Shown here in pieces: positions 42,564 to 53,086 of a DNA stretch of 64,000 bases. Under the pieces are notes generated by a model that made no database searches, was not told where the DNA came from, and was given only the letters and a program-made list of their open reading frames with translations. The DNA comes from Alphaproteobacteria bacterium. Its GTDB lineage: Bacteria; Pseudomonadota; Alphaproteobacteria; UBA828. The position numbers and the translations under genes are program-made. The stretch spans positions 256,001 through 320,000 of the forward strand of contig CBDEFM010000001.1 of the NCBI GenBank assembly GCA_965237415.1, given 5' to 3'. Within the stretch, counting starts at the first letter, position 1. Each line of letters starts with the position of its first letter.

Positions 42564-45500
42564 ATGGCGAGAGTGAGACAGGCAACCGCGTCACGCGGCC
42601 GCACGGGGGCGCCGGAAACCGCCTCGACGCAGTGGGGGGCGCGGTGTCGGCAGGAGAAGCGAGCGGCAATCGCGCCCGGGAAGACACCGGAGGCGGCACA
42701 TGCGTCGCGACGGGAGCCGGTAGCACCCGTCTCCCGGCGGCGAGACTGCCCGCCTAGACCTTCTCCCACCGCGCGGTCCCCGCGCGGGCTATCTTCCTCC
42801 CTACTCGCTTATTTCGCGGCCGTCCCGGCGGCGGCGCTGCGCTGCCTGTCCCCGGATCGGGGTCCGGGGCAAGCCCCGCGCGCGGTTTCCTCCCGGCGCC
42901 GCGGCCCGCCTGCCGCCGCGCTACGCGCCGGGGCGGGCATCGCCCTGCTGCTGCTCGCCATGCTGACCGCCCTGCCGGCCCAGGCGCAGACCGACACCAC
43001 GGCGCCGACGCTCGTCACGACCAGCGCTCGCGGACCCACAGTCATTAGCACTGGCTTATCTCTCTACTTGATTTACGACGAGAATCTGGACCACGACAAC
43101 CATCCACCGGTCAGCGCCTTCAGCGTCATGGTCGATAGCAGTCCGATCACGGTGACAAGCGTAGAGGAAAGAACAACTATCAGCTTGAGGCTGAATCTGT
43201 CCCCCACCATCCGCCAGGGCCAGACCGTCACGGTGAGCTACACCGATCCGAGCTCGAGCAACGACGCCAACGCAATCCAGGACGCGGCCGGCAACGACGC
43301 CGCCACCTTCGCGAACCAGGCGATACGCAACATATCCACCGTCACCGGCATCCCCGGCGCCCCGACGGGGCTGTCGGCGACGAAGATGGGCGCCACGCAG
43401 ATCGACCTTTCCTGGACCGCGCCGACGGACACCGGCGGTGCGGAAATCACCGGCTACAAGATCGAGTGGTCGGCCAACGGCAATGCCCCCTGGAATGAGC
43501 TGATCGCGGACACCGGCAACACGGACACGACGTATTCCGACACCGGGCTCGCCTCGAAGACCACGCGCCACTACCGGGTTTCGGCGAGAAATTCCTTCGA
43601 CCTCGGCCCCGGCCCCGCCTCGAACGTCGACGACGCCACCACCGACGACATCGTCGGGCCGGTGCTGGTGAGGGTGTCGATCAACGCGTCCGGCGATAAT
43701 GTAAGGTTTTTCTTTGACGAGGCGCTTGACCAGCGCTCAGGAAAAACCCCGCCGGAGAGCGCCTTCGAGGTGCTGGCCGATGGAGTCCGGGTAGCGACAG
43801 ACGGTTTCGACGCGGTTTCGGAACCCCACCGTATTGTGCTCGTAACTACCGCCCCGACCATCAAGCAGGGCCAGACGGTCGTCGTCACCTACACCGACCC
43901 GAGCACGGGCAACGATCCCGTCGCCATCCAGGACCTGGCGGGCAACGACGCGGCGACCTTCACCACCGGCGTGTCGGGCGTCCCCGCGGTCGTCAACAGT
44001 TCCAACGTCGCGAATCCCGCCCCGGACGCGCCGACGGGGCTGACGGCGACGAAGATGGGCGGCACGCAGATCGACCTTTCCTGGACGGAGCCGGCGGACC
44101 CTGGCGATGCGGTAATCACGGGCTACTGGATCGAGGTCTCGGATACCGGCGCTACCGGCCCCTGGACCGAGCTGATCGCGGACACCGGCAACACGGACAA
44201 GACGTATTCCGACACCGGGCTCGCCTCGGAAACCACGCGCCACTACCGGGTTCGGGCGATCAATTCCTTCGGCCCCGGCCCCGCCTCGAACATCGACTCT
44301 GCCACCACCGACGACATCGTCGCGCCGGAGCTGGTGAGGGTGTCGATCAACGCGTTCGGCGATAATGTAAGGTTTTTCTTTGACGGGGCGCTTGACCAGC
44401 GCTCAGGAAAGACCCCGCCGGAGAGCGCCTTCGAGGTGCTGGCCGATGGAGTCCGGGTAGCGACAGACGGTTTCGACGCGGTTTCGGAACCCCACCGTAT
44501 TGTGCTCGTAACTACCGCCCCGACCATCAAGCAGGGCCAAACGGTCGTCGTTACCTACACCGACCCGAGCACGGGCAACGATGCCGCCGCCATCCAGGAT
44601 GCCGCCGGCAACGACGTGGCGACATTCACCACCGGAAAGGCGGGCGTCCCCGCGGTCGTCAACAGTTCCAATCAACCCGGCGTGAAGATATCCAAGACGG
44701 AACTGAGCATCGACGAAGGCGGCACCGGCACCTACACGGTGGCGCTCTATTCGCAGCCGACGGCGACGGTGACGGTCACGCCGTCGCGCACCAGCGGCGA
44801 TGCGGACATCACCGTGAGCGGCGGCCCCCTCACCTTCACCACGACGACCTGGAATGTGGCGCAGACGGTGACGGTACGCGCGGCCGAGGATGCGGATTTG
44901 GTTCGCGATACGGCCGTGATCGGCCACGCGGTGAGCGGCGGCAACTACGCCTCGGTCATGGCCGCTTCGGTGACCGTCACCGCGGCTGACAACGATGCGT
45001 CCAACGAGCCTGCCACCGGCAAGCCGACGATTTCAGGGACGGCGCAGGTCGGCCAGACGCTGACCGCGGCGAAGGGCAACATCAACGACCCAAACGGGCT
45101 GACCAAGGCCGACAACGACGAGACGGGCTTCGCCTACACCTACCAGTGGATCCGGGTGGATTCCGACGGCACGTCGAACCCGATGAATGTCGGGACCTCG
45201 AGCACCTACACGCTGGCGGCGTTGGACGAGGACAAGAAGATCAAGGTGGAAGTGAGCTTCCACGACGACAATGGCCACGCGGAGACGCGGACGAGCGACG
45301 CGTATCCGTCCGCGGACACGGTCCTGCCCTCTTCGGCGGTGAGCCTGTTGCTGTCGCCTGCATCGATCCGCGAGAACGGCGGCAGTGCCAGGATCAGGGC
45401 AAGGCTGAACGTGGCGTCGAGTGCCGAGACGACGGTCACGGTATCGGTCGAGCCGGTCCCGCCGGCGGTCGCCGGGGACTACGCGCTGAGCGCCAACACG

Positions 45501-48500
45501 GTGCTGAGGATTGCCGCCGGGCGGACCTTCAGCACGGGCCTGGTGACGCTGACGGCGGTGAACAACGATGTGGACGCGGACGACAAGACGGTCATCATCC
45601 TGGGCGATGCGGAGAACAGCGCGGGCGTTGGCGGTCCGGCCGAGGAGACGCTGACGATCGCGGACGACGATCGGGGCGTGCGGCTGGGCACGCGGTCGCT
45701 CGCGATCGATGAGGGCCGCAGCAAGGGCTACACGGTGGTGTTGGGGTCGCGGCCCACGGGGACGGTGACGGTGACGCCGCAGGTTCCGCCCGGCATGGTG
45801 ACGGTGTCGGGGCCGCTCCGGTTCACGCCGAGCACATGGGACGAGCCGCAGACGGTGACGGTGACGGCGGGCCAGGACGAGGACGAGGAGGACGAGTCGG
45901 TCCAGGTGACGCACGTTGTGTCGGGCGCGGATTACGGCGGCGTGACCGCGGACATCGTGCGGGTCACGGTGAGCGACGACGACGGCGGCACGGGCGTGCT
46001 GGAGGTGGGTGTGTATGACGGCTCGGACGGGGCCGGCGTCAAGGACCCGCCGCCGCAGGTGCATTTCGGGCAGCCGTTCAGGCTCGACCTGGTGTGGTCG
46101 CATCTGCGGACGAAGCATTGGGACAATCCGGAGTACGCGATCGGGCCGACCCGGGCGATCCGGGCGGTCGGCGGGACGGTGCGTGCGGTGCGGGGCCGGT
46201 TCAGCCCGCCCAGTAAGGGGGACCACGGCTGGGACCAGGCGCGCCTGACGCTCGAGGTCACGCCCGAGGCGAGCGACGGCAGCGACGACGTGACGCTGGT
46301 CCTGGAGCCGATGGATTGCAGCAGCAATGACGCGCGAGCGCTGTGCGCCTTCGCCAGCATCGGGAAGTGGACCGGCCTGGCGAAACGGGTGCGCTTCACG
46401 GTGCGCGGTATCACCGGTCCGCCGGAGGTGGCGCCGGCGGAGCTGGACCTGACGGTGACCCCGCAGGAGCGGCGCGGCACGGATATGTTCCTGGTGAGCT
46501 TCGACGCCGACGAGGAGGGGACGCGCTTCCGGCTGCAGACGCAGGCGGCCGGCGGGGATTGGACGAGAACGCGCGAGTGGACCGGGGCGATGCGCTCGGA
46601 GAACCAGCATCGGGTGACGGTCGACGGGGTGTCGCACGATGACGCCTACGAGTTCCGGGTGCGCTGGGAGAACCGCTTCGGGCCGGGGCCGTGGGCGCAA
46701 GCGAGCACGGCCGGCGCGGCGCCGGCGGCGCCGACAAGGCTCACGCTCACGGCGATGTACGACGCCAAGAGCCTGGCGCTCGCCTGGACCCCGGCGGCAG
46801 GCGGGGTGCGGATCGACCGCTTCCAGTACCGGATCGAGCGAATCCGTAGCGAGGAGCTGGTTATCCTTTCGGACACGGGGCCGATTCAATATTTGGGCAA
46901 TTGGATCGACATTCCGAACAGCGGAACGGGCGGCGCGAACCACCGTTCGTGGACGATCGGGGGGCTTGCGAACATATGGGCCGCCAGGATCCGGGTGCGC
47001 GCGGTGAGCGCGTCGGGCCGCGCGGGCGCGGCCTCGGCGGAAGCGGTGGCGGCGGTCGACGTGCCGCGGGTGGTGGACATCTCGATGGCGTCGGACCCCG
47101 GTGCCGACGGGTACTACACGTACGGAAACAGGATCGGGATCAACGTGAGGTTGAGCCGTCCGGTCCGCATCCCGGGTAACGATCGGGGACCGTCGCTGGA
47201 GGTCGAGATCGGAAGCCGCGTGTACAGCCTGGGGCTGGTGTCGATGCGGCAGTCGGTGGCGCATGAACTGATCGGACAGGCGCCGTTGTCGGGCGACGTG
47301 CTGTTCTTCGAGCACAGCCTTGGTACGGGTGACGTGGACCACAACGGGATCCGGGTGCCGGCCGGCGCGCTCAAAGGCAATGGCGGGCGGCTGCTCGACC
47401 TGACACCCGCGGGAGAAGACCAGGTGGCGGACCTCGCCGTGAGCACGGCAAAAACCTTCCCGGCGCACAAGGTGAACACGGTCCCGCCGGGCATCGTGCG
47501 CATGACCTGGCAGCAGAACCTGGACACGAAGGGCGTGGTGCGGGGCGCCGAGGTGCGCATCCACTACGACCGCGACCTCGACCCGGATTCGAGGCTGGAT
47601 CCCGGCAGGGTCCAGTACCGGGTGGCGTATTCGGAGTCGCGGGCGCTCGGCCGCAGCGTGACGGGACTGAGCATCGGCGACGCCACCGACGACGGGATCG
47701 ACAACCCCCGGACGGTGCGGCTGGTGCTGGCGCCGGTGGTCCACGATCCGAGCACCAACCCGCGCAACAGCCCGACGCCGCCCGAGACCGTGACGGTGAC
47801 CTATTCGGGAATGAAAGTGAGCGGGAACACCGGGCGGCGATACGGCCCCTTCGATACGCTGGGGAACCCCCTCGCGGGCTTCACCCGGGCGGCGGAGCAC
47901 CTGACCGCGACGCAGGCAGCGTTGGCGGCGGAGTTCCGAAACGTACCGCCCGAGCACAACAGCCCGTTCACCTTCGAGGTGCATTTCAGCGAGGAGGTCG
48001 CGCTCACCGAAGAGATGCTGCTGAACTCGGTCTTCACGGTGACCAACGGCACGGTGTCGGCCGCGCGGCGGCTCAATCCGCCGAGCAACATCGCCTGGGA
48101 GATCACGGTCGATTCGATCACCGAGGAGGCGGTGACGGTGGTGCTGCCGGAGACCACGGACTGCACCGTGGCGGGCGCGATCTGCACCTGGGACGAGCGC
48201 CCGCTCTCGGCGGAGATTTCGGCGACGGTGGCCGGCCCGCAGATCGTGGCGACGAGCGTGGTGACGAGCGCGGCGGTGACCAACGGTCCCGGAGACAATG
48301 GCACCTGGGACACCGGCGAAACCGTCGAGGCCGAGGTGCGCTTCAGCGCGCCGGTGACGGTGGTGGCGCCTCCGGGCTCCGGGCCGATCCTCGCCATCCT
48401 GCTCGACGGCACGCGCCGCGAGGCGGCGTACACCGGCGGTTCAGGCACCGACACGCTGCGCTTCAGCTACACGGTTGCGGAAGCGGACAACGGAGCCCGG

Positions 48501-51500
48501 AAGGCGCGCGTTGCCCCGAACGGGCTCGCGCTCAACGGAACGACCATCGGAGACAGTGAAGGCGTCGCGGCCGATATCGGTTTCTCTACCGCGCCGTATG
48601 TGACGGCTGTCGAACTCGCGGCGGATGGCTCGGGGGACGGGATCTGGACCCCAGGCGAGACTATTGCCGCCCGCCTCACCTTCAGCGAGGCGGTGACGGT
48701 GGCGGGCGGCACGCCGTATCTCTGGATCACGGTCGCAGGGATGCCGGGCGCGCTCGGCTACGCGTCCGGATCGGGAAGCGACACGCTGGTCTTCTCCATA
48801 GAGGTGCCGGGCGGGAGCCTCTCCGAAATCGAGGTGACGGCGGACAGTCTCAACGCCAACGGCGCGGCCATCGTGTCGCAGGCGAGCGGCATCGCGGCGG
48901 AGCTCGGCCATGACGGCACGGCGCCGGAGGCGGCGCCGGAGAACGCGGGCGCCACCGCGCTGACGGCGGCGTTCGCGGAGCTGCCGGAGAGCCACGGCGG
49001 CGCGGCGTTCACCTTCGAGCTCCGCTTCAGCGAGGCGTTCCCGATCGGCTACGAGACGATGCGCGACGATGCGTTCACGGTGACGAACGGGCGTGTGACC
49101 GGGGCGCGACGCCTCGACAATCCGCACCGCGAGTCCGTGCGCATGGAACCCAACCGGGTATGGGAGATCACCGTCGAGCCCGACACGGACGCCGGAGACG
49201 TCTCGATTGCGCTGCCTGAAACGACCGACTGCACCGCGGCCGGCGCGGTCTGCACCGGGGACAACCGCCCGCTCACGGCGGAGATTTCGGCGACGGTGGC
49301 CGGCCCGGCGCAGGCGGTGACGCCCCCGCCGCCGGGCTTCCGGGTCCGCTTCGAGGACTTCCCGTCGGAGCATGACGGGACCAGCGCGGTCGTCTTCAAG
49401 GTGATGTTCAACAAGAAGCCGGCGAACTACAGCTACCGCACGATGCGCGACAACACGCTCCTCGCCCGGCAGGGGAGCCAAGCGGTCACGCCCAAGCGGG
49501 CCAAACGCCTCAACGCACCGCACAGCGACCAGTGGCGGATCACGATCGAGCCGGCCTCCAAGGCGGACATGCACGTCGAGATCCGCCACACCACGGCGTG
49601 CACCGAAACGGGCGCGGTGTGCACGGCGGAGAACGAACAGCTCTCGAACCGGCTCTCGAAGACGATCCTCGGCCCTCCGGGGCTCGCGGTGGCGGACGCG
49701 CGGGTGGAGGAAGCGGCGAACGCGACGGTGGACTTCGCGGTGACGCTCAGCCGCGCGTCATCGTCGACGGTGACGGTGGACTATGCGACCTCGGACGGCA
49801 CGGCGACGGCGGGCAGCGACTACACGGCGACGTCGGGGACGCTGACCTTCGCGCCGGGCGACACGGCGAAGACGGTGTCGGTGCCGGTGCTGGACGACGC
49901 CCATGACGAGGACCATGAGACGTTCACGCTGACGCTCTCCAACCCCTCGGGCGGCAACGCCTGGCTCTCCGACGCCACGGCGACGGGCACGATCGAGAAC
50001 ACCGACAAGATGCCGCAGGCGTGGCTGGCGCGCTTCGGGCGCACGGTGGCCGACCAGGTGATCGACGCGGTGCAGGGCCGCATTCAGGCGCAGCCGAGTC
50101 CCGGGGTCGCGGTGAGTCTCGCGGGCCAGGCGATCGGCGCCAACGGATCGTTGTCCGGGGCCGGTTCCGCGGAGCCGGACGGTGCGGACGCGCGGGCGAC
50201 GCTGGCCGAGGAGACCGAGGCCCGGTCGCGGCTGGAGACGATGTCGAACTGGCTGCAGGGCGAGAATGAGGAGGATGGCAGTCGGGCCGGGTTCCAGTCA
50301 CGCAGCGTGACGGAACGCGACCTGCTGACCGGGACGTCGTTCTCGCTGACCGGCGAGGCCGCGGCGGGCGGCGGCTACGCGTCGCTGTGGGGCCGGGGCG
50401 CGGTCTCGCGCTTCGACGGCCGCGACGGCGATCTCACGCTCGACGGCGAGGTGACGAGCGCGATGCTCGGGGCGGACTGGACGCGCGATGCGTGGACCGC
50501 CGGGCTTCTGGTGTCGCATTCGCGCGGCGACGGCAGCTACCGGGGCGAGGGCGAGGGCAAGGTCGAGAGCGCGCTGACCGGGCTCTATCCCTATGGGCGC
50601 TATGCGGTGAGCGACCGCGTGACGGTCTGGGGCGTGGCCGGCTACGGGTCGGGCACGCTCACGCTGACGCCGAAGAACCCGGTGGAGGGCGAGGACGACA
50701 GGCCGATCGAGACCGATATGAGCCTGACGATGGGCGCGGTGGGCGTGCGCGGGGTGATGATTGAGGCGCCGGCCGAAGGCGGCCCGGAGCTCGCGGTCAA
50801 GTCCGACGCGATGATGGTGCGCACGAGCTCGGAGGCGGCAAGCGGCAGCGGCGGCAATCTCGCGGCGGCGGACGCCGATGTGACCCGTCTGCGTCTCGGG
50901 CTTGAGGGAACCTGGCGCGGCATCGAGGCCGGCGGCGGGGAACTGACGCCGCGTCTCGAGGTGGGCGTGCGCCATGACGGCGGCGACGCCGAGACCGGCT
51001 TCGGCCTCGACCTCGGTGGCGGGCTTGCCTGGTCGCATCCGGCGAGCGGGATATCGGCCGAGCTCAGCGGGCGCGGCTTGCTGACCCACGAGGCCGGCGG
51101 CTTCCGCGACCGTGGTATCTCGGGCTCGCTCGGCTGGGATCCGCGGCCGGAGACCGGGCGCGGGGTGAGCCTCACGCTGACCCAGACGCTGGGTGCGTCG
51201 GCCTCGGGCGGCATGGACGCGCTCTTGTCGCGCGGCACCCTGGCGGATCTGGCGGCCAACGACGACGGGGCGGACGATCTGCAGCGCCGCCGTCTGGAGC
51301 TCCGGCTCGGCTACGGCGTCTCCGCCTTCGGGGACCGGTTCACGGCGACGCCGGAGATCGGGCTCGGCCTGTCGGACAGCGCGCGCGACTACAGCCTCGG
51401 CTGGCGGCTCGGTCTCGACCGGTCCGGGGCGAACGCGCTCGAACTCCGGATCGAGGCGACGCGGCGCGAGAGCGCCAACGACAACGCGGACCCGGAGCAC

Positions 51501-51533
51501 GGCATCGGGTTCAAGCTGACGGCGAGCTGGTGA
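42564..51533 (+). CDS. Giant autotransporter adhesin 2 (SwmB-like, fibronectin III, Calx-beta, Ig-like repeats, beta-barrel)
   Basis: Signal ...IALLLLAMLTALPAQA; VSYTDP...IQDAAGNDA repeats; PTGLSAT..IDLSW FN3; Calx-beta; terminal W; start uncertain (frame open from 42333). Confidence 0.88.
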   Translation: MARVRQATASRGRTGAPETASTQWGARCRQEKRAAIAPGKTPEAAHASRREPVAPVSRRRDCPPRPSPTARSPRGLSSSLLAYFAAVPAAALRCLSPDRGPGQAPRAVSSRRRGPPAAALRAGAGIALLLLAMLTALPAQAQTDTTAPTLVTTSARGPTVISTGLSLYLIYDENLDHDNHPPVSAFSVMVDSSPITVTSVEERTTISLRLNLSPTIRQGQTVTVSYTDPSSSNDANAIQDAAGNDAATFANQAIRNISTVTGIPGAPTGLSATKMGATQIDLSWTAPTDTGGAEITGYKIEWSANGNAPWNELIADTGNTDTTYSDTGLASKTTRHYRVSARNSFDLGPGPASNVDDATTDDIVGPVLVRVSINASGDNVRFFFDEALDQRSGKTPPESAFEVLADGVRVATDGFDAVSEPHRIVLVTTAPTIKQGQTVVVTYTDPSTGNDPVAIQDLAGNDAATFTTGVSGVPAVVNSSNVANPAPDAPTGLTATKMGGTQIDLSWTEPADPGDAVITGYWIEVSDTGATGPWTELIADTGNTDKTYSDTGLASETTRHYRVRAINSFGPGPASNIDSATTDDIVAPELVRVSINAFGDNVRFFFDGALDQRSGKTPPESAFEVLADGVRVATDGFDAVSEPHRIVLVTTAPTIKQGQTVVVTYTDPSTGNDAAAIQDAAGNDVATFTTGKAGVPAVVNSSNQPGVKISKTELSIDEGGTGTYTVALYSQPTATVTVTPSRTSGDADITVSGGPLTFTTTTWNVAQTVTVRAAEDADLVRDTAVIGHAVSGGNYASVMAASVTVTAADNDASNEPATGKPTISGTAQVGQTLTAAKGNINDPNGLTKADNDETGFAYTYQWIRVDSDGTSNPMNVGTSSTYTLAALDEDKKIKVEVSFHDDNGHAETRTSDAYPSADTVLPSSAVSLLLSPASIRENGGSARIRARLNVASSAETTVTVSVEPVPPAVAGDYALSANTVLRIAAGRTFSTGLVTLTAVNNDVDADDKTVIILGDAENSAGVGGPAEETLTIADDDRGVRLGTRSLAIDEGRSKGYTVVLGSRPTGTVTVTPQVPPGMVTVSGPLRFTPSTWDEPQTVTVTAGQDEDEEDESVQVTHVVSGADYGGVTADIVRVTVSDDDGGTGVLEVGVYDGSDGAGVKDPPPQVHFGQPFRLDLVWSHLRTKHWDNPEYAIGPTRAIRAVGGTVRAVRGRFSPPSKGDHGWDQARLTLEVTPEASDGSDDVTLVLEPMDCSSNDARALCAFASIGKWTGLAKRVRFTVRGITGPPEVAPAELDLTVTPQERRGTDMFLVSFDADEEGTRFRLQTQAAGGDWTRTREWTGAMRSENQHRVTVDGVSHDDAYEFRVRWENRFGPGPWAQASTAGAAPAAPTRLTLTAMYDAKSLALAWTPAAGGVRIDRFQYRIERIRSEELVILSDTGPIQYLGNWIDIPNSGTGGANHRSWTIGGLANIWAARIRVRAVSASGRAGAASAEAVAAVDVPRVVDISMASDPGADGYYTYGNRIGINVRLSRPVRIPGNDRGPSLEVEIGSRVYSLGLVSMRQSVAHELIGQAPLSGDVLFFEHSLGTGDVDHNGIRVPAGALKGNGGRLLDLTPAGEDQVADLAVSTAKTFPAHKVNTVPPGIVRMTWQQNLDTKGVVRGAEVRIHYDRDLDPDSRLDPGRVQYRVAYSESRALGRSVTGLSIGDATDDGIDNPRTVRLVLAPVVHDPSTNPRNSPTPPETVTVTYSGMKVSGNTGRRYGPFDTLGNPLAGFTRAAEHLTATQAALAAEFRNVPPEHNSPFTFEVHFSEEVALTEEMLLNSVFTVTNGTVSAARRLNPPSNIAWEITVDSITEEAVTVVLPETTDCTVAGAICTWDERPLSAEISATVAGPQIVATSVVTSAAVTNGPGDNGTWDTGETVEAEVRFSAPVTVVAPPGSGPILAILLDGTRREAAYTGGSGTDTLRFSYTVAEADNGARKARVAPNGLALNGTTIGDSEGVAADIGFSTAPYVTAVELAADGSGDGIWTPGETIAARLTFSEAVTVAGGTPYLWITVAGMPGALGYASGSGSDTLVFSIEVPGGSLSEIEVTADSLNANGAAIVSQASGIAAELGHDGTAPEAAPENAGATALTAAFAELPESHGGAAFTFELRFSEAFPIGYETMRDDAFTVTNGRVTGARRLDNPHRESVRMEPNRVWEITVEPDTDAGDVSIALPETTDCTAAGAVCTGDNRPLTAEISATVAGPAQAVTPPPPGFRVRFEDFPSEHDGTSAVVFKVMFNKKPANYSYRTMRDNTLLARQGSQAVTPKRAKRLNAPHSDQWRITIEPASKADMHVEIRHTTACTETGAVCTAENEQLSNRLSKTILGPPGLAVADARVEEAANATVDFAVTLSRASSSTVTVDYATSDGTATAGSDYTATSGTLTFAPGDTAKTVSVPVLDDAHDEDHETFTLTLSNPSGGNAWLSDATATGTIENTDKMPQAWLARFGRTVADQVIDAVQGRIQAQPSPGVAVSLAGQAIGANGSLSGAGSAEPDGADARATLAEETEARSRLETMSNWLQGENEEDGSRAGFQSRSVTERDLLTGTSFSLTGEAAAGGGYASLWGRGAVSRFDGRDGDLTLDGEVTSAMLGADWTRDAWTAGLLVSHSRGDGSYRGEGEGKVESALTGLYPYGRYAVSDRVTVWGVAGYGSGTLTLTPKNPVEGEDDRPIETDMSLTMGAVGVRGVMIEAPAEGGPELAVKSDAMMVRTSSEAASGSGGNLAAADADVTRLRLGLEGTWRGIEAGGGELTPRLEVGVRHDGGDAETGFGLDLGGGLAWSHPASGISAELSGRGLLTHEAGGFRDRGISGSLGWDPRPETGRGVSLTLTQTLGASASGGMDALLSRGTLADLAANDDGADDLQRRRLELRLGYGVSAFGDRFTATPEIGLGLSDSARDYSLGWRLGLDRSGANALELRIEATRRESANDNADPEHGIGFKLTASW

Positions 51534-51600
51534 GGGCGCGGCGATGCGTCCCCTCGCCCACCCGGTCCGCGGAGCCGGCGCCCCTGGCGCGGTGTGCGGC

Positions 51601-52278
51601 TCAGGCCCGGGTGACCTTCCACAACACCTTGCCGACGATGTGGATGTCCGCGGCAAGGCAGGTATAGGCCGGGTAGCCCGGGTTGACCGAGAGCAGGCGC
51701 AGGCTCGGCGGGCCCGGCTCGCGGACCGGCTCGACGCGCTTGACGACGAGCCCGTCGCCGTCCCAGAGCACGAAGAGCTCGCCGGCGCCGGGCATGCGCC
51801 GCCCGGTGTCAACCACCAGGCGGTCGCCCTCGCGCAGCTCCGGCTCCATGGAGATGCCGCGCACCTTGATGATGCGCAAGGCCCCGGGCTCGGCGTCGCC
51901 CTCGTGGCGGATCATCGCCTCGGGGAGCCGCCAGCGGGCCTTCTCAAGCACGAAGTCGTCGTTCCAGGCGCCGGGTCCGGCGGCGGCCTCGATCTCCATC
52001 TCGGCGACGCCGGTGGTGCGGGGCCGGGTACCGCGGTCCTTCTTCTTCCAGGGCTTGGGCGCCGGGAGCTCGGCATGGCGCAGCCCGGCCGGGTCGCAGT
52101 CGAGCAGCGCGCCGAGGGCCTCGCTGTCCTGGAAGGAGAGCACGCGGGGCATGCCGCGGGCGAGATATTGCTGGAGATAGGCCTTGTTGCGGCCGATGGC
52201 GAGCGAGGCTTCGGCGAGTGAGACGCCGCTCTGCCATAGCTGTTCGCGCAGTCGGTCTCGCACTGGGTCGCGCTCCAT
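51601..52278 (-). CDS. CI/LexA-like repressor (HTH plus S24 peptidase)
   Basis: SLAEASLAIGRNKAYLQQY, AAAG cleavage motif, GISMEP, VVKR. Confidence 0.9.
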   Translation of the reverse strand: MERDPVRDRLREQLWQSGVSLAEASLAIGRNKAYLQQYLARGMPRVLSFQDSEALGALLDCDPAGLRHAELPAPKPWKKKDRGTRPRTTGVAEMEIEAAAGPGAWNDDFVLEKARWRLPEAMIRHEGDAEPGALRIIKVRGISMEPELREGDRLVVDTGRRMPGAGELFVLWDGDGLVVKRVEPVREPGPPSLRLLSVNPGYPAYTCLAADIHIVGKVLWKVTRA

Positions 52279-52369
52279 CGCGGGCTCCTCTGTCTATGCC
52301 TCACAGGTGCAGGATATCTCCTAACTAATCCTGTTGTCAACGGCGCGTGTTCGGTTTACGTTCGCGTCC

Positions 52370-53086
52370 ATGGCAAGTCTCGACCACCAGTTCCGCACCC
52401 TGCTGCACACCCATCTCGACCGCTCCGGCACGAGCGGGCGGCGCTTCGGGCTGGAGGCGCTCGGCGATCCGGGCTTCGTCGCTTCTTTGGCCAAGGGCCG
52501 GCGGCTGGGCCTGAAGACCGCCGACCGGGTGCTCACGTTCATCGGCCTCACGCCTCTGGCGCCCGCGTTCCGGCGCGAGGTCGAGGCGTTCCTGCGCCTG
52601 ACCGGGACCAAGGTCTATGTGCTCGGCGAGGGCGCGCTGAGCGACCCCTCCTTCATCGAACGGCTGCGCCGGGACGCCTCGTTCCGGCTCGGCACCGTGG
52701 AGCGGGTGCGGGGCTGGATGACGTGCCGCGCCGACGCGGCGGCGCTGGCCGCGATGCGCGACGCGGTCGCGGGCGTGCCGCTGCTCTCGGACGGGCCGGT
52801 CCCGTCCGGCGGCCCGTCCGGCGAGTGTGGACCACAGGGAGATCACGACATGAAACAGGACAACGGCAACTATCTGAGCACGCGCCGGGCGGCGGCCTTT
52901 CTCGGCCTCTCGCCGCGCACGCTCGACCGCTACCGGGTTACCGGCGAGGGCCCGGTCTATCACCGTTTCGGCAACCGCATCCTCTACCGCCGGGAAGACC
53001 TGGAGGCCTGGGCGGGTGCGCGCCGGGTGCGCTCGACCTCGGACGGCGGCGCCGGTTCGGCGTCGCACCCGCGGAGGACGGTCTGA
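52370..53086 (+). CDS. Cro-like duplicated domain in frame with an excisionase-type HTH (possible second start at 52850)
   Basis: FGLEALGDPGFV / LGEGALSDPSFI repeats; YLSTRRAAAFLGLSPRTL...GP.Y...ILYRREDLEAW. Confidence 0.7.
   Translation: MASLDHQFRTLLHTHLDRSGTSGRRFGLEALGDPGFVASLAKGRRLGLKTADRVLTFIGLTPLAPAFRREVEAFLRLTGTKVYVLGEGALSDPSFIERLRRDASFRLGTVERVRGWMTCRADAAALAAMRDAVAGVPLLSDGPVPSGGPSGECGPQGDHDMKQDNGNYLSTRRAAAFLGLSPRTLDRYRVTGEGPVYHRFGNRILYRREDLEAWAGARRVRSTSDGGAGSASHPRRTV

Noticed and set aside
45033-47984. 983-aa minus-strand ORF and similar long antisense ORFs (e.g. 19839-21746, 57288-59855)
   Set aside because: Antisense shadows of well-supported genes.
28804-51533. Diversity-generating retroelement acting on the adhesins
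   Set aside because: No reverse transcriptase, and differences between copies are not adenine-specific.
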